Positions 58,951-64,000 of a DNA stretch of 64,000 nt are shown here, in pieces. Where the stretch lies: NCBI RefSeq assembly GCF_006345805.1, contig NC_042998.1, positions 137,640,001-137,704,000 on the forward strand, written 5' to 3'. Numbering within the stretch: the stretch's first letter is position 1; each line of letters starts with the position of its first letter. A model generated the notes under the pieces. That model ran no database searches and had not been told where the DNA came from. It saw nothing but the letters and a program-made list of their open reading frames with translations. The stretch is from Octopus sinensis. Lineage: Eukaryota. The translations under genes and the position numbers were made by a program.

Positions 58951-61224
58951 GTAAGTTGTATTTATAATCTGAATTGCACATACCAGTAATTTATGACCAA
59001 TCCTGAATGCCTTGCTTGCTCACTAACAAATTTTGTAGATTAGGGTTTTGTTAAAAATTCCAAAAGCAGCACCTTTTGGCTTGTTTGGTATTTGCTGCTA
59101 GGTCAGTTCTAAAGCTATCTTAGTCTACCTGCTTGGTCAATTTGTCACCTTTCAACATCTCATTTAAGTGCCAGTTCATATCTATAAAAGATGGGCATCA
59201 GAAATGCTATAAAAAATTATCTTGTTAAATATAAACCTGGTGATTGTTGTATGCAGGAGCAAGATTGCAGAACAGACCATACCTTAGTTGTCTTGCTAGC
59301 CTCCCTTTTTGATTGTACTTGCCTAACTGTGTGCTACAGCTACAGTTGTCGACTGGTGATTATCTTATTTTGTTGGCAATGCTATATTTTGTTATACACT
59401 CTTAGAATGCAGTCAGTTAAAGCTTGAAAGATTTTTTTTGTAGCTTTTGTTCTTACTAAGAAATGCACAGAGTTTATAGAAAATGTGTGTTCTGTTCATA
59501 CATATATAATTAAATACATAATATAGATGATAATTTTCTCCAACTATTGGACCAGGTGTACACCTTTTATTTATCTCCCATGATATTTTGAGGGTGCTTT
59601 TCTCTTGAAATACATAAATGATTTGACCTGTTTTCTGAAAGTATTGCCCTATCTCAGGATCAGCTTGTTTTAAATTAAGAATTAAGGATTCATTTGGCTC
59701 AGAAAATTATTTACAAGTGCATTCAATTCTATTTTTATTGTAGTCAGTTAAAGATTTTCTTGTATTTGTTTTAGCTAGGAGTTGCTGCATATCATTTTAC
59801 AATTAGTTTCTCAGTGGAAGTATAGACATACATACATGTATGTATAAACTTAGATTAGCTACAATATATATTTCTTTTGTGAACAATAAAGGCATTGAAT
59901 TTTTTTCCTCCCATATTTGTCAACTTTTTCTGTTGTTTCTACGTATTGCATTGAACAAAACTTCTGCATCATTGTATAATTTTTCTGTATGTTGTATTTA
60001 TAAATAATTTGATTCTACCATTTCTTTAAACTTTCTAAATTTGTAGTGCACTACTATTCATGTGTGTACAGAAACACTCCTCACTTGTCTTTCCAATAAA
60101 GAGTTTTTTGCTTAAATGTTAGACTTCTTTTGTTCCATATGGCATAAAATTTATTCAGCTGTTGAACTTTCTGTATTACAGTTTGCAAATGCAGACAATT
60201 ACTAGTTTCCTCTGATTCTACTGTTTTACAATAAAGTCAATATATTTGTACATTTTGTGATGCATTAGTTTTGTCTTGTTATATAATTCCTCATGATTTT
60301 ATTTTAGGTTATTTACTTTAATGGCAAGTTTTGGATTTCCATTTGCTAGTTTGTTTTTGTTTAATAATACCTATGGAGTGATTTCAAGTGAGCAGGTATC
60401 TCTTCTCCATATGGTGCCTACTGATAATTTATATTACAGCTTATCTCTACAACCTCACACATTTCTGGATCTGTGCGCAACTGGAATCAAATATGGATGG
60501 ATATTCCCTGCAGATTACCTACATTCTTTTTCACACTTTCTCTTTACTGATATAACTGATGAATTGGCTGGGAATAATTATTTTATTGAGTGGGTAATGT
60601 CTATTTGCAAGAAAGTTTGAACATGCTAGTTGTAAAAGACTCCCAGACCCCAGGGTAATGGTAGCTGGTTGTTGGTGAAGCAGTTGCTCTGATGTGAACA
60701 TAGGATTACAAAAAGCTTTTGTCTGCACGGAAGAATAAAGGCATTGAAAAGTCAATGGTAAAAGATATCTACAGTAGGAATTGGGAAGTAATGGTTAAGA
60801 TTTTGCCCCATAAGATCTACCTAGAGGGATATGCTGTATTGCAGACATCCATAAATGGATGACATCATCTGACTTCAACATGTTCCTTTTTTCATTCCAC
60901 CAACTTTGCTAGAATTGATCTTAAACTATTATCTCTTTAATTTCTCTTTACATCCTTCATACATATAAGAATGTATATTACAAAATAGGGTGGGGTGGGG
61001 TTCTTGTTATTCTTAGGTCATTTTCAGTATTCAACTTAAAATTGGACTTTAAACTGTTTTAACTTTCTCTTCCCTCTCTCAGTATTTTCAGGTTCCTTTT
61101 AGAAACAATGAAATATTGGGTGTTGGCTTTGTGTTGATAAAGGTCCAAATTCTTAGTCATGTAACTTTGTCTTTTTTTCCCATACTGGCATAGGTTGGCA
61201 GTCTAAGTTCTTGGAAATGCTGCA

Positions 61225-61420
61225 GTCTTAGGTTGCAAGACCACGACTCATTCAGTTGTTGGTTATTTTGGCATGGTTTCTATGGCTGGATGTACTTTCT
61301 AATACCAACCACTTTGCATAGTATACTAAGTGCATTTAATTGTAGCACCTGCTCTATAGAAGTTGCTTTGACCAATGCATGCCAAGAGAATCTTCTATAC
61401 TGTGTAATCTCTAATGTCAT
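61225..61420 (-). mobile_element. Degenerate RTE-tail repeat
   Basis: GGTTTCTATGGCTGGATGTACTTTCTAATACCAACCAC matches the RTE/SINE tail. Confidence 0.6.
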
Positions 61421-64000
61421 CGCAAAAAAAGACCCAAGAAGTTGAATAGGAGAGTAGGGATGTGATGGGGGAACAATAAATGGATGACAGAAGTAATGGA
61501 AGAGAGACTGATAGCTCCATGCTGGTTGTTAGTAGGGTGAATGAATAAGAAACAGCATGCAGTGTAAAGACAACAGAAGGTGGATGATGGCAGTATAGGA
61601 GAATGAATGATGTATAGCAATAAAGGTAAGTGATGGAAATGGGTTGAGACAGCTAGCAATACAGAATAGTAGTTGGTGGGTACTGGATGGGTTTGTACTG
61701 ATTTAGTGCTATTCTTGTTACTTCAACAACATAATGGAACAGGGATATAGTGATAATTTTGATGCTGGGGGGATTGAATACAGACTAATCAAATGCTGTT
61801 CCTCAAGTTCATGTCTGATCCTCAAATGAAATTTTAATTTGTGAAGTGTCAGCTTCAGCAAATATTACATTCTACTTATGGTCATCAGGTACATATTTCT
61901 TTGAATTAGAGATTATGCCTATAGGTCAGCATTTTCATAGTATTTATTTCCCTTTGTCTTTCACTTTTCATTTTTCTTATGAATTAGTGATAACTGGAAA
62001 TAAATTGAACAAAATTCTGTTTACAGTTGAGTACCATTAATTATTTTTCTACCAGTTCACAGCATTATCTCTTCTCTCTTGATTATTTGTAATTTTCTCC
62101 CTCACACTTGTACAGGTTTGTATCAACAAATAATTTTGTTTTTTGTTAAATAAAGATTTGGATTTGAAATATACATTTAAATTTGTTCTATTCTCAATCA
62201 TATAAATATTGAGCCCCTGACTAATTTAAGCTATATAAATACTTAAAATTCCATGACATTTTAAAAGAACTCTCTGTTTTTCTATTTTGTTAACTCTAGC
62301 TCATCATCTCCCGATTCGAACAACTCTCGGATGTGAGCAGTTTCATTTCCTGCCTGTTATTTATTTTTAATTTTTTTTTTTTAAATACTGACACCATAAC
62401 TCCAGCTCCTCACTTGCATGCTTTCTTGTAGTGGTGGCTTCTAACCTTTTAAATCGACTGATGACCTCTCTCCCACCAGTTTTTAATATATATTTAGAAA
62501 CGAATTAAAAGTTTATAATATATAATCTTACACCACAGAGAGAACTTAATATATCAAAATTTTATTCATGTAATCTTCTTGAAATATATTTGTATAGTTT
62601 ACAATTGCCCAAACTGTTGAAATAACATCTTCTGGTTATCCTTAATTTGGCTATATACCTCTTAGCAGAATAATATTTAATTAAAATAGCTTATTCCAAA
62701 CTAGAAAGGTAGAACTTTGTTTCTAATACAACAGTTTTATAAATAATGGGATTAGGACTTTGTGCCAGTTTAATTTTTTAGGTGCTGTGCTTGCACATTA
62801 TTTGCATATGAGAAATATGAACAGCTTCTACCAGTTTGTATAGTGGATGTTAATGCAAGCTTAATTTTGTAGATTAAGTAAATTTTTGCATGAAAAATGC
62901 TTTGGGGTTAGTCTTCAATATTTTTCTGAAAACTTGCTTGTCTTGTAGCAGTTGGTGTGATAAGCTAAATAGAATTTCATCCTTGGTATGAGGTTCTGCC
63001 TAACATTTCCTGCTGTGCGAACTTATTTTTACCTTACCCATTGCTAAGAGTACATCTATGCTTGATTGGATGATCTGTTTCCAGCAGTATTTTATAAGGG
63101 ATATAACAGGAAACTTATTTCATCTTAGTATTTCTTTTTTTGAATGGCCATTTGTGCAGCTATTTTCCAAATGTGTCCAAATTTCGATAACAGTTTACCC
63201 AAAATATTTTCTTGATAATATATGTTGATATATTATCATTATAAATTTTAGTTATTGTCTCTTTCTCAACTACGTGGATTTTCTTCATTTCAGCTGCTCT
63301 AGGTGGCATTCTGACAATCTGGACAGGTACTATGACTAGTCTTCTTCTCTACAAATCAAATGTATGGCTTTTTGTAACTGCCCATAAAATTATTTTTCAG
63401 TTGGCTCTATATTATTGTTTATGTACAAATATTTTTTTTATTATTATTTTTTATATATATATAAGTTCTAGTTGTTCATCTTTATTGTTGCCTCTTTCTC
63501 TCATAGTTTCTTCATTCTCACGTGTGCGCACACAAAAACAGCATTTGAAGGGATATATTTTTAATAGACAATTCCATTTTGCTCAAATTTCAAACTGGTA
63601 CCTGTTTGTTTATTCTTGAACGCCTGGGCTCTTGTAAAACAACATGGTATGTAGATGTACCTGTCCAGATTATCAAGATTTTTGAACCTTCCTAACTTGG
63701 TTTATGTATTTATTGATAGCTTATATTCAGTATATACCTTAATAAATTTTTGCAGCTTTACATTAATATGCTTCCTGCTTTTATTAGCAAAATAGTTAAA
63801 CATTACTTCCGCTTGTTAACTCAAACTCTTTTCTTTGTATAACAAATCAGTTTTATTTACTGCATTTGTAATTTACACAGCATAGATTTTGGAATTAACT
63901 TTAGAAGCCATAACTTAGAGTATAACATATGTTGGGTTTTTTTATGTATTTAATGCTAAATTTGGCATAACCATTTTAGTTAAATTTAATTGTATCTGTT

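Noticed and set aside
62299-62338. CpG-containing 40 nt hairpin with GTTCGAATC on the minus strand
   Set aside because: Short interrupted stem, no A box, and no snoRNA, SECIS or tRNA architecture; probably a TE scrap or chance.
63294-63326. Possible 33 nt in-frame RBBP4 cassette exon (TTTCAG ... AG|GTACTA)
   Set aside because: The peptide (CSRWHSDNLD) has no resemblance to RBBP4 and would interrupt an invariant region; the donor is weak. It needs junction reads.

Overview
AT-rich, microsatellite- and transposon-dense animal DNA, most likely an Octopus-like cephalopod (inferred from the tRNA-headed SINE families and the RTE tails ending in (CAT)n). Two conserved genes sit head-to-head around a ~1.3 kb CpG-retaining spacer. 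REPS1 is on the minus strand; its first coding exon is 47692-47841 and I found no further exon, so 1-47691 appears to be intronic. RBBP4/Caf1-55 is on the plus strand, with coding exons at 49172-49190, 52785-52929 and 58900-58950, and continues beyond the window. Nearly all ORFs in the supplied track are microsatellite translations or decayed transposon fragments (mariner, maT, Tigger/pogo, piggyBac, hAT, RTE, CR1, Hero/R2-group, Penelope). I see no novel protein-coding system. The most interesting unexplained structure is a probable ~11 kb intronic inversion (24384-35406) that splits one Hero-like retrotransposon immediately after its RT catalytic motif. Also notable are a foldback hairpin at a LINE 5' truncation, an NF-Y/E2F/Inr-type RBBP4 promoter, and a cluster of alternately oriented SINEs/MITEs that could form dsRNA. 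All family assignments are by eye from remembered motifs, not database searches.
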